Positions 9,258 through 19,187 of a stretch of 64,000 nt of DNA are shown here, in pieces. The stretch comes from Thermoplasmata archaeon. Its GTDB lineage: Archaea; Thermoplasmatota; Thermoplasmata; Lutacidiplasmatales; UBA184. Made by a program: the position numbers and the translations under genes. The notes beneath the pieces were generated by a model. That model did not search any database and was not told the origin of the DNA. It worked only from the letters and a program-made list of their open reading frames with translations. The first letter of the stretch is position 1; each line of letters starts with the position of its first letter. The stretch spans positions 4,288-68,287 of the forward strand of contig JAKIVU010000005.1 in NCBI GenBank assembly GCA_022750375.1, read 5' to 3'.

Positions 9258-10478
9258 CTAAGTGACGAGCACGGCGATCGCGTTCCAAACGTATGGCCCG
9301 GCCGCGAGGTTCGCACCGGGGGAGACCGGCCCCGACGAGACCGTGCCGACCATCGTGCCCACCGACTCCCCGTCGGTCCAGGGGCCCGTGTCGTAGTAGC
9401 CGTTCGTCCCGAGCAACGTCTCGTTCTCGATGGGCATGTACGGACCGGCGTTCCCTTGTCCGGTGACGGTGAAGATCATGAACGACGTGTTGGTCGCGGT
9501 CAGGTTGACACTCGCCGAGGTGCTATCGCCCGAGTTGTCGCCGATCACGAGGTTGCCGAGAGATAGCCCCACGGAGCTGTTGAGGTCGACGACCGACACG
9601 ACACCGCCCGCCGAGGTGTCGGTGTCGGTGAACTCCGCGGCAAAGCTCACGTTCGAGCCCCCGAGGACATCGAACGCCAGGAACATCTCCTGCGTGTGGT
9701 TCGAGGAGAAACTCGCGGTGCTCGTCTCAAGAACGAAAGAGTCGCCGGAAGAGTCGCAGACGGTAACATTGCTCGGCCCGCCGATATAAGCGGCGATGAA
9801 GCCGACGAACACCAGTAACGTGCTGCCCGGGCTCACCGAGATCGGAGGGGTGACCACGGTATTGGTCGCCCCCGCGGCCCACGCGTCGCTGTGGACGGAA
9901 ACCGAGTCGGCTGCGACCGAAGGGCCGGTGTCGTTCGAGGATCCGATCGACGCCGCCGTACTCGTCGGGCACGCCCCGGTGGTGCCGCCCGGTGCGGTGG
10001 ACCAGGAGATAGAGAATCCGGCCAGTCCGCCGGTCGCGTCGATGCAATAATCCCAGCTTCCGCCGGTATCGAGCTCGACCGCGGTCCCGTTCGTCAGTTC
10101 GATCGCCCCGTAGAATCCGTTGCAAGTGGCGGGCCAGCCGTACGAGTACTCCGGGTAGGCAGGGAGTACGTAGAGATCGGAGGCATTCGTTGGAAGAGCG
10201 AAGGTGGGTGCGACGGTCGCCGGCGGATTGGTGACCTCAAAGGCACCCGGTTCCCCGGTGCAATTGAACAGCGCCAGACCCCCACCGTAGGGGATCGGTC
10301 CGGTCCAGTCTTGCAGGGTCGAGCAACTGGCGGTCAACGACCCGGCCGGGGCCGTCGGGACCGACGGGAATGTCTGAGTGAACAACAGCGAGGACGCGGC
10401 GGCGAGGCCGACCACGACGGCGACCGCGCCGATCACGACGTAGAGGCTACCCCGGGGGATTCGGCCAAGGTGCGCCAT
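9258..10478 (-). CDS. secreted/surface protein with pilin-type (class III-like) signal peptide; heavily N-glycosylation-sequon-rich
   Basis: 406 aa. The N-terminus MAHLGRIPRG/SLYVVIGAVAVVVGLAAA has a charged head, a Gly, then a hydrophobic helix. About ten N-x-S/T sequons, Ser/Thr/Gly-rich. No recognisable enzymatic motif. Confidence 0.65.
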   Translation of the reverse strand: MAHLGRIPRGSLYVVIGAVAVVVGLAAASSLLFTQTFPSVPTAPAGSLTASCSTLQDWTGPIPYGGGLALFNCTGEPGAFEVTNPPATVAPTFALPTNASDLYVLPAYPEYSYGWPATCNGFYGAIELTNGTAVELDTGGSWDYCIDATGGLAGFSISWSTAPGGTTGACPTSTAASIGSSNDTGPSVAADSVSVHSDAWAAGATNTVVTPPISVSPGSTLLVFVGFIAAYIGGPSNVTVCDSSGDSFVLETSTASFSSNHTQEMFLAFDVLGGSNVSFAAEFTDTDTSAGGVVSVVDLNSSVGLSLGNLVIGDNSGDSTSASVNLTATNTSFMIFTVTGQGNAGPYMPIENETLLGTNGYYDTGPWTDGESVGTMVGTVSSGPVSPGANLAAGPYVWNAIAVLVT

Positions 10479-10536
10479 CGGTCTCTCCCCTGCACGGCGG
10501 CGGGTTGCTTATGCTTTGGGGACGGCCGGGTCACCC

Positions 10537-11487
10537 CTAGGTGACCTTGGGGACCGGGGTCCTGTCCAGGGCGGTGCGGACGATCTCCTCTCCTCGGACT
10601 CCGCGGATCCACGGTTCGGGTTTGACGAGGATACGGTGAGCGAGCGCCGGAACGGCGAGGGCCTTCACGTCATCCGGCAGCACAAAATCCCGCCCATCCA
10701 GCAGCGCGCGGGCCCGAGCGACCTTCTGGATCGCGAGGGATCCCCGGGGTGAGGCTCCGACCTCCGCGCGGGCGTCGGCCCGGGTCGCGCGCACGAGCGC
10801 CACGATGTACCCCGCCACCGTCTCCTCGAGCTCGACATCCTCGACCGCGCGCTGAAGGTCCTGGAATTGGGCGAGCGTTGTCGCGGGCGGCACGAGGACG
10901 TTCTCCTGCTTCCTCGCGCGACGTCGGGAGAGGATGGACGCCTCCTCTTCCGGGGTCGGGTATCCGACCCGAAGCCGCATGAGGAACCGGTCGACCTGAG
11001 CTTCCGGCAACGGATAGGTACCCTCGAGCTCGAGCGGATTCTCGGTCGCGAGCACGAGGAACGGCCGGGGGAGCGGGTACGTCGACCGCTCGCTGGTGAC
11101 CTGGTACTCCTGCATCGCCTCGAGCAGGGACGACTGCACCTTGGGCGGAGCGCGGTTGATCTCGTCGGCGAGGAGGACGTTGGCGAAGATCGGCCCCTGA
11201 CGGAAACGGAACTCTCCCTTCGTCGTGTCGAGGATCTCGCTGCCGGTGATGTCGTGCGGCAGGAGGTCGGCGGTGAACTGGATCCGCTGGAAATCGAGAC
11301 CGAGCGCCGAGGCGAACGACTTTGCCATCAGGGTCTTCCCGAGACCCGGAAGGTCCTCGATCAGGAGGTGGCCGTCGGCGACGAGGCCGGTCAGGATCGC
11401 ATCGAGCGCATCGTTCCGGCCGACCACGGCGACCGAGACCGACGCACGGATCGTTCCCGCGAGCGTCCTCGCATCCTCTGCCTTCAC
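10537..11487 (-). CDS. MoxR-family AAA+ ATPase
   Basis: Start placed at the GTG (VKAEDARTLAG...). Walker A LIEDLPGLGKT, Walker B LLADEINRAPPKVQSSLLEAMQE, and the C-terminal ASPRGSLAI lid typical of MoxR. Confidence 0.9.
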   Translation of the reverse strand: MKAEDARTLAGTIRASVSVAVVGRNDALDAILTGLVADGHLLIEDLPGLGKTLMAKSFASALGLDFQRIQFTADLLPHDITGSEILDTTKGEFRFRQGPIFANVLLADEINRAPPKVQSSLLEAMQEYQVTSERSTYPLPRPFLVLATENPLELEGTYPLPEAQVDRFLMRLRVGYPTPEEEASILSRRRARKQENVLVPPATTLAQFQDLQRAVEDVELEETVAGYIVALVRATRADARAEVGASPRGSLAIQKVARARALLDGRDFVLPDDVKALAVPALAHRILVKPEPWIRGVRGEEIVRTALDRTPVPKVT

Positions 11488-11762
11488 TCGGAGCCCCCCG
11501 CCCCCCGAACACGAGCCCCGTATATGGACCGGCCCCGGCCCACACGGGTCCGGGAACCGCCCGTGTTCCCCGGTCCTAACGATCCGCGTCACGGTAGGCG
11601 ATCGCCCTCTCGGCGGTCTGACCCGGACCGGGGGTGTCGGACACCGGGGTTGTCCTCACTTCATTCTCCGCGGACGACTCGTCCGCATTGAGTCAAGAGG
11701 GACCCTTCGACGGTACCCGGGCGCGGCCGATGGCCGCACCGACCCGGCTACCGGACGGGCCG

Positions 11763-12233
11763 CTAAATCGTTGCTGGCCCGTCGGTCGAGAACAGGTCGG
11801 GGCGGCTGACGAGGTAGGCGAGGGCGACGAGCGCCGCTGCGAGCAAGGCACCGGCGACGCCGATCGATGCGGAGGAGGAAGGGAGCAGGAACGTGCTCGC
11901 CCAGGCGATCCCCACGGCGAACGCGGGGACCCCCCATACCAGCGTCCCGCGCGAGAATGCGGCGGGAGGGCGCCATGGGTCGTCCATCAACCACGCAACG
12001 AAGACAACGCCCGCCGCCCCGACCAGGAGTTCCGGTAGGGGAGCGATCGGGGTTTCGAGCGAGAGGGTGGCGAGCACCACCAGGACCGGCACCGGGGCGA
12101 TTTCGAACAGTTCACCGCGGCGGACCGCGCGCATTCCGACCGAGACCGCGACCCCGGCCGCGCCGAGGATCAACGCGGTCGCGATCGGCAGCTGGCTGTC
12201 GAAAGCGAGTGCCAGCACCGTGACGACGAGCAC
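11763..12233 (-). CDS. small multi-pass membrane protein in the MoxR operon (start uncertain)
   Basis: C-terminal 156 codons of the 287-aa track ORF, taken from an in-frame GTG. Four or five hydrophobic helices (VLVVTVLALAF, ILGAAGVAVSVG, VLVVLATLSL, GVVFVAWLM, ALLAAALVALAYL). The upstream part of the track ORF overlaps the DUF58 gene. Confidence 0.45.
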   Translation of the reverse strand: MLVVTVLALAFDSQLPIATALILGAAGVAVSVGMRAVRRGELFEIAPVPVLVVLATLSLETPIAPLPELLVGAAGVVFVAWLMDDPWRPPAAFSRGTLVWGVPAFAVGIAWASTFLLPSSSASIGVAGALLAAALVALAYLVSRPDLFSTDGPATI

Positions 12234-12286
12234 GGGGAGCGTCGGACCAAGCAGCCGGCGCCCGGCCCCGGGCGCCGCGGACGCCG

Positions 12287-13591
12287 TCAGATTCCCCTCC
12301 CCCGCCGGCTGGGCCGGCGCAGCAGTTCGACCAACGGCGCGAGGGACCAGTAATCCTCCCAGTCCACGACGGGGGCATCCTGCCACGTCCTCGCGAGTCG
12401 ACGGCGCCGGAGGAGGCGGGTGAGACGCGCGACCGATTGCCGCTCGACCTCGGTGAGCGACGGCGGGGCAGGGAGCACGGGGAGCGGTGACGGGCTCAGG
12501 ACGATCACGGGAAACCCCCGCCGGCGCAGGTACGGCACCACGTCCGCCGAGCTGTCGTCCGCCAAGCTCGTGAGCAGGATCGTCGTCACCCCGGGAGGAA
12601 AGTACCGTCGCACCGCGACGGCGCATCGCTCGGGGACTCCAGTTTCCGTGGCGAGGCGGGCCGCGAGCAACGCCGCACGCAGACGCACTCCCTGGGTGCG
12701 CCCCCCGGCGAGCGGCACCGTGTCGAGAAACTCACCGTAGACCCCGAGGCCGACGCGGGCCTTCTCGCGCAGGAACGATTCGGCGATCCCGTGGGCGGCG
12801 GCGACGGAGAGCGAGAGCAGCTGGGTATCGATCGCGGGACCGAGACTGGAAGGGCGCGCGTCGATCAGGAGCAGCACGTCTCCCGTCCGCTCGACCCGGT
12901 ACTCGTTGGCGAGGAGGCGCCCGGCACGGGCGGTCGCCTTCCAGTTAATCCGTCGCGGGGGCTCGGTCGGGGTCGCTTCGCGGATCCCGAAGAACTCGCC
13001 GCTCGACCCAACGCCACGCGAGATCGTCTCCCCCGGCACCGCGATCGTCCGTTCCAGGCGGGCGGCGCCGATGTTCACGAGCTCGGGCGGGTACCGTTCC
13101 ACAACGAGGTCCGGCGGGTTCCAGCTCACGGACCGCTCCACGAGTCCCGCCGGGTCCCGCCACACGAGCCGGGGTACCGGCAGGGGGAGGACGATCGGGT
13201 CCGCGGCACTCCAGTGGAGGAGAAACTGGATTTCCTGGCCGACCCGCTCGACGCGAGGCGGCGCGGCCTGCGCGAGGCCCGCGGGCCGGGGAAACTCGAC
13301 CAGCACATCGTTCGGGTCGGTCGGCGGTTCGAAACGAATCGCCCCCGAGACCCGCACTTCGCGACCGGAACCGGAGGCCTTCCAGTCCAGCCGGGCGGGC
13401 GGACCGGCACGCGGTCCGAGGAGCGCGGCGGCGACCGGCGCGAGCAGGATCGGGAGCGCGAACAGGAGTGGCCCGGGGTTTCGCAGTACGATCCCGAGGA
13501 CGAGAAGGGTGGTCCCCGCACCGAACAGAAGGGCAGCGCGGGGCCGCCAACGAAACGCGGACGGACCGGGCGCGTGACCCCCCGTGCTCAC
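12287..13591 (-). CDS. DUF58 domain protein (vWA-like, MoxR partner)
   Basis: 434 aa. Two N-terminal TM helices, then RRINWKATARAGRLLANEYRVERTGDVLLLIDARPS, the signature block of DUF58. Confidence 0.85.
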   Translation of the reverse strand: MSTGGHAPGPSAFRWRPRAALLFGAGTTLLVLGIVLRNPGPLLFALPILLAPVAAALLGPRAGPPARLDWKASGSGREVRVSGAIRFEPPTDPNDVLVEFPRPAGLAQAAPPRVERVGQEIQFLLHWSAADPIVLPLPVPRLVWRDPAGLVERSVSWNPPDLVVERYPPELVNIGAARLERTIAVPGETISRGVGSSGEFFGIREATPTEPPRRINWKATARAGRLLANEYRVERTGDVLLLIDARPSSLGPAIDTQLLSLSVAAAHGIAESFLREKARVGLGVYGEFLDTVPLAGGRTQGVRLRAALLAARLATETGVPERCAVAVRRYFPPGVTTILLTSLADDSSADVVPYLRRRGFPVIVLSPSPLPVLPAPPSLTEVERQSVARLTRLLRRRRLARTWQDAPVVDWEDYWSLAPLVELLRRPSRRGRGI

Positions 13592-13995
13592 GTCCGGGCC
13601 TCGAGGTCGTCGAGGCGGCGTCGGACATAGTCGCTAAACTCGGCGGCGGAGAGGCGGGCAATCGAGTCCATCTCCCCGGACGACCGGCTCTTCAACTCGG
13701 GCGTCGGTCCCAGTCGTTCGATCCGGTCGAGGGTCGAGATCAGCTCCTCACGACCGAAGCGCCCGGACCGAAAGCCGTAGCGGAACGGGGGGATGTCCCT
13801 CTCGGAACGGTACGGGGCGACGGCGACTCTCGCCGGCGGGCGGTCGACCCACGCGCTGAGGAACAACAACCCCGCCGCGACCACCGCAGCGGCGGCAGCC
13901 ACCGCGGAGATCGCGAGGTTCGGCCCGGCCCAGAGCGCGAGCCCCGTCGCCGCCACCGCGACGGCGATCAGCCCGCCGGCGAACCAGTAGTTCAT
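13588..13995 (-). CDS. small membrane protein (MoxR operon)
   Basis: 135 aa with two TM helices. ATGA and GTGA overlaps with both neighbours indicate translational coupling. Confidence 0.6.
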   Translation of the reverse strand: MNYWFAGGLIAVAVAATGLALWAGPNLAISAVAAAAAVVAAGLLFLSAWVDRPPARVAVAPYRSERDIPPFRYGFRSGRFGREELISTLDRIERLGPTPELKSRSSGEMDSIARLSAAEFSDYVRRRLDDLEART

Positions 13996-14939
13996 GGCGA
14001 TTGCCGAAGGCGGTCGAGGTCGGCTCGAGCGTCCGCGATCGCGGCGACCGCCTGCTCGGCGGCGTCCGGCCCCATCGAATGCGAGGAGTACCGTGCCTCT
14101 TCGAAGAGCCGGGTGAGCGTCTCCGCCGGCGCCGCGCCGATCCCGAGGCGTACGAGGTGTTGGACGCGGATCTCTTCGGGGGTCTGGACCTCGATGCCCC
14201 CCACCAAGGGACCGACCCGGTCGAGGACGGTGCCGTAGAGGGCGATGATCACCTCGCGGGGGTCACTTCCCTCTTGCAATTCTCTGGCTGCCGTCGCGAG
14301 CGCGCTTCGCACCTTCTCCACCTCGGCCGCGCTGCGGCGCCCGGGAACGCCCTCGCGTCGACGCTCCGCGGCATACGCCCAGGCACGCGGCAGCGCCACG
14401 GCGGCCACGACCAGCAGCGTGACCGCTACCCCGGCGAACAACGCCCAGGCGGGGAGTTTGAACGAGAGGAAGCTGATCTGGCCACCGGGACCGGTGAGGT
14501 TGTTCCCGCCGGTGTCGTTCCCCGGCCCGCCGGGGTTCGTGGGCGGCGCTCCGCCCCCGAGCGTGAACCCTCCGCCCGCGCCTCCGTAGTGAAGTAGAAC
14601 GACGAAGAGGAGACCCACGAGGAGCACGGCCATCCCCGTGACGGCGAGCCGCGCCTGGGTCGCCGCCGGGCCCGCATGGAGCCGAACGTAGATCACCAGA
14701 CCGAGCACCACGGTGAACAGGAACAGGAGGACCACCCCGATCAGCCAGGTCGGCAACAGAAGTTCGGTCGCCGGACCCGGATGGAAGGCCGACGACGCCG
14801 CCACGCCGGCGATCAGGCTCGCCGCGGCGCCGACGGCGAGCGCGACGGCGACGAGCACGAAGAGCACCGGCGACGATCGGGAACGGGTTCCGCCGGACAT
14901 CGTGATCGCTCGAGGGGGAGAAGCGCCCGAGGCCGCCAT
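13992..14939 (-). CDS. DUF4129-type membrane protein (MoxR operon)
   Basis: 315 aa. Several TM helices, a Gly/Pro-rich loop, and a C-terminal block PEEIRVQHLVRLGI...LTRLFEEARYSSHSM typical of DUF4129. Confidence 0.65.
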   Translation of the reverse strand: MAASGASPPRAITMSGGTRSRSSPVLFVLVAVALAVGAAASLIAGVAASSAFHPGPATELLLPTWLIGVVLLFLFTVVLGLVIYVRLHAGPAATQARLAVTGMAVLLVGLLFVVLLHYGGAGGGFTLGGGAPPTNPGGPGNDTGGNNLTGPGGQISFLSFKLPAWALFAGVAVTLLVVAAVALPRAWAYAAERRREGVPGRRSAAEVEKVRSALATAARELQEGSDPREVIIALYGTVLDRVGPLVGGIEVQTPEEIRVQHLVRLGIGAAPAETLTRLFEEARYSSHSMGPDAAEQAVAAIADARADLDRLRQSP

Positions 14940-14954
14940 ATAGATTCCCGGGGG

Positions 14955-15857
14955 CTAGGTACCCGGTGCGCGGGCGTCCGGTGCGTCCGCGGAGGCGGGA
15001 GAGAGGAAGTAGAAGCTCCGGCGCTCGTGCTCCGCCGAGACCACCGCGAAATCGTCCACGACGTAGCCGAGGTCCGACGCGGCACGGAAGGCGTCCCGGC
15101 TCGCGTGGCGCCATCGACGAAGCGCCTTCGGTTCGTGCTGCCGGACGAGGTCGAGGTCGAACGGGATCTCCAGGTGGGCACTCGCGCCGGTCGGTTCTCC
15201 GACCGCGCTCGGCACGCGGATCCCGCTCTCCCCCGGCTCGGTCTCGACGGTGGCGGAGGAGGTCTCCCAACGGTGGCGGTCGTCGGTCGCGGAGGGGTAC
15301 TGGCCTCCGACGCGGGCCTCGACCGCCGGGGACGCGAGCGACCAGACCGCGCGCATCCGGTCGGTCTCGATCCCCTGGTTGATCGTGTCGGCGAGCTGAC
15401 CGTAGTAATGCGTGAAGTACCGGTCCGGCCGTGCCCCGAGCCGTCGGACGTTCAGCCAAGCGCCGCGGCTCTGGAGCGGGTCGAACGCCCAGCGGATCTC
15501 CGAGAGCCCGAGGCGGAGGACTTCGTCGCGTTGGAACGACTTCAGCCGGAATCCGAGGTGGTGGTTCTGGTATTCGGGTCGGACCGCGGTGAGATGCGAG
15601 TAGTGGTAGAGGCTTCCCCCATCCCAGCCGATCAACGACACCGCGAACCCGGCGAGGTAGATGTCCGCGAACGCGCCGAGGACGAGCCCGCCGTTATCCT
15701 GCAACGCTCGAAGGAGCGGGACCGGGAGCGTCGGGCTCGGGGACGCGACCCCCCAGACGGCCCGCTCGACCTCCTCGACCTGTCGGAACTCCTCGGGCTT
15801 CTCGAGTCGTCGGAAGTGGAACCCCTCGGTCCGAGCGGTCGTCCCCGCCTCCGACAT
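14955..15857 (-). CDS. GNAT-superfamily protein (COG3375-like)
   Basis: 300 aa. HLTAVRPEYQNHHLGFRLKSFQRDEVL and IRWAFDPLQSRGAWLNVRRLGA match the conserved core of this GNAT-like family. Confidence 0.7.
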   Translation of the reverse strand: MSEAGTTARTEGFHFRRLEKPEEFRQVEEVERAVWGVASPSPTLPVPLLRALQDNGGLVLGAFADIYLAGFAVSLIGWDGGSLYHYSHLTAVRPEYQNHHLGFRLKSFQRDEVLRLGLSEIRWAFDPLQSRGAWLNVRRLGARPDRYFTHYYGQLADTINQGIETDRMRAVWSLASPAVEARVGGQYPSATDDRHRWETSSATVETEPGESGIRVPSAVGEPTGASAHLEIPFDLDLVRQHEPKALRRWRHASRDAFRAASDLGYVVDDFAVVSAEHERRSFYFLSPASADAPDARAPGT

Positions 15858-15914
15858 GGCCGCGTTCAGCGGCGGCTCGGTACTTAACCCGGACGACCTC
15901 GGGAGCGCGGATTC

Positions 15915-16346
15915 CTAACGGCGGACCCGGAGCTCCGCTTTCTTCTGCTCGTACCGGATCTCGTCCGCGGGCGTCAGCTCCCACAGGAGGTCCTCGAGCT
16001 CGGGGATGTTCCGGAGGAACTCCGCCTTGCTCTTCGTGACCATCAGGTGGTCGAACTCGCGGCGCGCGATGACGTACGACCCGACGAGGTAGGCGCCCGC
16101 GATGACCACGATCGGGCCGACGATGATGAACAGCAGGTTGTAGTTCGCGGCCGGGGTGTCCGTCGCCGCATTGATCATCGGGAACGGCCAGGAGTTGGCG
16201 AGGGGAGTGAAGTAGCCGAGGGCGAGGGTCGTGAGGAGGATCCCGATGGCGAGGATCAGGTCCGAGATCCACGCCCGATACACTCGCATGCCGTGCCGCA
16301 GGCGACGTTCGAGCGGGACGGGCTCCGCGGCGGCGGTCATGCGCAC
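15915..16346 (-). CDS. membrane protein, unknown function
   Basis: 143 aa. Two or three TM helices followed by a charged helical tail. Good third-position bias. Confidence 0.55.
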   Translation of the reverse strand: MRMTAAAEPVPLERRLRHGMRVYRAWISDLILAIGILLTTLALGYFTPLANSWPFPMINAATDTPAANYNLLFIIVGPIVVIAGAYLVGSYVIARREFDHLMVTKSKAEFLRNIPELEDLLWELTPADEIRYEQKKAELRVRR

Positions 16347-16372
16347 CGCGGGAGGCCGCTCGGCTTATGAAA

Positions 16373-17185
16373 CTACTCCAGCCGCTCGGAGCCGTCGTCC
16401 TCGGGGGTTGCGGCGGTCGTCGCTCGGTCCGTCCGTCCGAACGCCGCGGGCTCGTCGCGCAGGGGCGGAGCGGCGCCGGTGCTCGGCGACGGGATCACTT
16501 CGAGGAGCGGTCGGAGTCGCCGGTAGACGAGGATCCCTCCGAGGAGCGCGATGAGGGCCGCCGCATACGCGACCGCCTCCGCTTCCGTCGAACCCGTGCC
16601 CGACAGGGCGCCGACCCCGAGAATGAAAAATCCGACGACTTCGAATACGGCGCCGGCCACCGGGCCCCCTCCCTTCCGCCCGGCCGTCGTCGACGGCGGG
16701 AGCGAGAGGAGCGCGCCCGCCACTTCGAGGGCGAGGACCGCTCCGGACTCGATCAGGAGGAGCAGCACCCCATCCCAGGTGACGCCGGAGGTCGCCAGGT
16801 ACTGCGCGAGGATCGCGAGGGCGAAGATCCCGGCGATCCCCGCGCGGTAGCCGAGCGCGTAGAACGGCCCGCTCTCTCCGTTCCCCCAGTAGTGCGCCCG
16901 GAGCAGGGCCCACTGCGCGACCTCGGTCCCTCCGACGAGGGCCGCGAGGAAGATCAGGGCGCCCGGGAGGGCGCCGTTCGCCATCGAGTCGAGGAACAAT
17001 AGGAACGCGATCGCGAGGGGGATCCCGACGAAAAGTCCGGCGGTGTAGGCGAACACCTCGCGGCGCTCGTCGAACAAGGTTTCGGGCACCTGGGGCGTCG
17101 CGAACCGGCCGATCTCGACGTAGACATATCCGCCCGAGAGCAGGATGCCCACGAGCGCGCCGATCGAGAGACTGAGGTCGACCAT
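16373..17185 (-). CDS. polytopic membrane protein, unknown function
   Basis: 270 aa, ATG start, about 7 hydrophobic helices. No confident family motif. Confidence 0.6.
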   Translation of the reverse strand: MVDLSLSIGALVGILLSGGYVYVEIGRFATPQVPETLFDERREVFAYTAGLFVGIPLAIAFLLFLDSMANGALPGALIFLAALVGGTEVAQWALLRAHYWGNGESGPFYALGYRAGIAGIFALAILAQYLATSGVTWDGVLLLLIESGAVLALEVAGALLSLPPSTTAGRKGGGPVAGAVFEVVGFFILGVGALSGTGSTEAEAVAYAAALIALLGGILVYRRLRPLLEVIPSPSTGAAPPLRDEPAAFGRTDRATTAATPEDDGSERLE

Positions 17186-17187
17186 GG

Positions 17188-17961
17188 TCAGTCGAGCCGG
17201 CGACCCGATGCGAGGAACCCGGTGTGCCCGAGCATCTCGAAGGCGGGACGCGTTCCGCCGTCGCCGACGTGGAGCCCGCGCTCCAACAGTTCGACCGCGC
17301 GTACCTCATCGTAGCCGAGCGAGCGGAGCGCTTGGACGGTCCGTTCGAGCTGGTTGTACGTCGGAGTGTACGTGGCGACGTACCCGCCCCGCACCAGCGC
17401 CGCCCGCGCCGATTCCAGCACGGCCCACGGTTCGGGCAGGTCGAGCACGATGCTGCTGACGTCGGTCAGGTCGATCCCGTCGCGCGCCACGTCCCGCTCG
17501 CGGAACGTCACGCGGTCGGAGAATCCGGCGCGCGTCACGTTCTCCCGCGCCGCATCGAGGAAATCCCGACGGCGGTCGAACGACGTCACACGGCCGGCCG
17601 CTCCGACGGTGTGGGCGAGCGCGATCGTGAGCGCTCCGCTCCCCGACCCGGCCTCCGCGACGTGGTTCCCCGGAGCGACCCCGGCGAGGAACATCAGTTG
17701 CACCGCATCCTTCGGGGTGATGATCTGGGCGCCCCGGCGCAGCGTGGAGAAGAGGTCCGCGAGCGACGGTCGAACGACCCGGTAGGATCTTCCCAACCAC
17801 TCGACCGCTTCGCCCGGAGCGCTCCCGATCTGGCTCGTGAGGTCGATCACCCCGTCGTGTCCCAGGCGGATCGGGCCGCGGGCGAGCGGGACGAGGAGGG
17901 GCGGGGCTCCGAGCGCTTTGAGCGCGACGACATCCCCTTCCTTCCAACGGTCGTCGTGCAT
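17188..17961 (-). CDS. trmI: tRNA (adenine-N1)-methyltransferase TrmI/Gcd14 family
   Basis: Start placed at MHDDRWKEGD (ATG 17961). SAM motif VAEAGSGSGALTIALA, DLPEPW, and TGFLASGRR at the C-terminus. Confidence 0.85.
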   Translation of the reverse strand: MHDDRWKEGDVVALKALGAPPLLVPLARGPIRLGHDGVIDLTSQIGSAPGEAVEWLGRSYRVVRPSLADLFSTLRRGAQIITPKDAVQLMFLAGVAPGNHVAEAGSGSGALTIALAHTVGAAGRVTSFDRRRDFLDAARENVTRAGFSDRVTFRERDVARDGIDLTDVSSIVLDLPEPWAVLESARAALVRGGYVATYTPTYNQLERTVQALRSLGYDEVRAVELLERGLHVGDGGTRPAFEMLGHTGFLASGRRLD

Positions 17962-18133
17962 CGGTCCGTTCCGAGTCCGGGTCGTGTCACGGGGAGAAGC
18001 CCGTAATAACCCGGCGCCCGGCGCTGACTTTATGGTCGGACCGTTGCTCGGTGTCTCCCGCACCGGCCGTGGGTTGGGTCCGCTACGGTGGGTCCAAGGG
18101 GCGGTGTCCGAGGTTCGGAACGAAATTCACTGT

Positions 18134-18207
18134 GCGGGCATAGTGTAGTCTGGTTATCACATAGCCTTGCCAAGGCTATGACCCGGGTTCAAATCCCGGT
18201 GCCCGCA
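18134..18207 (+). tRNA. tRNA-Gly (GCC)
   Basis: Hand-folded cloverleaf. Acceptor GCGGGCA/UGCCCGC, anticodon stem UAGCC/GGCUA with loop UUGCCAA, T-arm CCGGG-UUCAAAU-CCCGG, discriminator A. No encoded CCA. Confidence 0.9.
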
Positions 18208-18314
18208 TCTCCGAACTTTGACCGCACCACGACCGGGGAACGACGAACGAAAGGGAACGCAGCTCCGAGTTCAACCCGCCGAAACGTTTGAGATGGAGGA
18301 GTGATACCGGTCTC

Positions 18315-19187
18315 ATGGCCCGTCTACGACGCATCGCGACACCCGGTGGACGTTCGTTCGAGTACGTCTCCCAGGGCAAGGGCCCCGCCACGCTCCTCGT
18401 CCACCCCGGCGGACCCGGGCTCACCTACCATTATCTCCGGGGATTGCTGAAGCTCGCGAACGCCCACCTTCGGGTCGTTCTGTTCAACCCGCGGGGGGTG
18501 GGGCACAGTTGGTCGCCGCGCTCACCGGGCGAATACACCATCACGGCGATGGCCGAGGACGTCGAGGCGATCCGGAAGGCGCTCCACATCTCGGAGCTCC
18601 ACCTCCTCGGCTACTCCGCGGGCGGTTTCGTCGCGCTCGAATACGCTCACCGGTACGAGCGACGCCTCACCTCCCTGCTGCTCTGCGCGACGGCCGGCAG
18701 CGCGGAGGAGATACGGCAGTCGAACCGGATGGCGCTCGCGGTCGCGGCGCCCAGCCGACGGGCGCGCGTCCGGGAGCTGACCCGGGCGAAGGCGTTCGAC
18801 TCCCCCGAGTACCAGGCGTTGGTCGAGCAGATCTTCGGCCCGTTCCAGACCCGGTTCTTCCGTGGGACCTCCGGGGACTGGAAAGCGACCAAGATGAGCG
18901 CCCCGGTCTATCGCGCGATGATGACCCGCTCCGGGGACGAGTTCGCCGTCGACGGGACGATCGCGAAATGGGACGGTCGAAAGTACTACTCGAAGATCGA
19001 AGTACCGACCCTCGTCGTGGTCGGTCGGTACGACTTCTTCCTCACTCCTTCCGTCGAGATGTCGGACCGGATCGAGCCGGCGCACCTCCGCGTGCTCCAG
19101 CGCAGCAGCCACCGGGCGATCCTCGAACAACCGAAGGAATTCCTCGGGACGATCCGGGAATTCCTGGAAGACGTCACCGGCGGATAG
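18315..19187 (+). CDS. alpha/beta hydrolase (proline iminopeptidase-like)
   Basis: HPGGPG, nucleophile elbow GYSAGG, and a C-terminal SSHRAILEQP block. Start set at the in-frame ATG (MARLRR); the track uses a TTG at 18288. Confidence 0.8.
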   Translation: MARLRRIATPGGRSFEYVSQGKGPATLLVHPGGPGLTYHYLRGLLKLANAHLRVVLFNPRGVGHSWSPRSPGEYTITAMAEDVEAIRKALHISELHLLGYSAGGFVALEYAHRYERRLTSLLLCATAGSAEEIRQSNRMALAVAAPSRRARVRELTRAKAFDSPEYQALVEQIFGPFQTRFFRGTSGDWKATKMSAPVYRAMMTRSGDEFAVDGTIAKWDGRKYYSKIEVPTLVVVGRYDFFLTPSVEMSDRIEPAHLRVLQRSSHRAILEQPKEFLGTIREFLEDVTGG

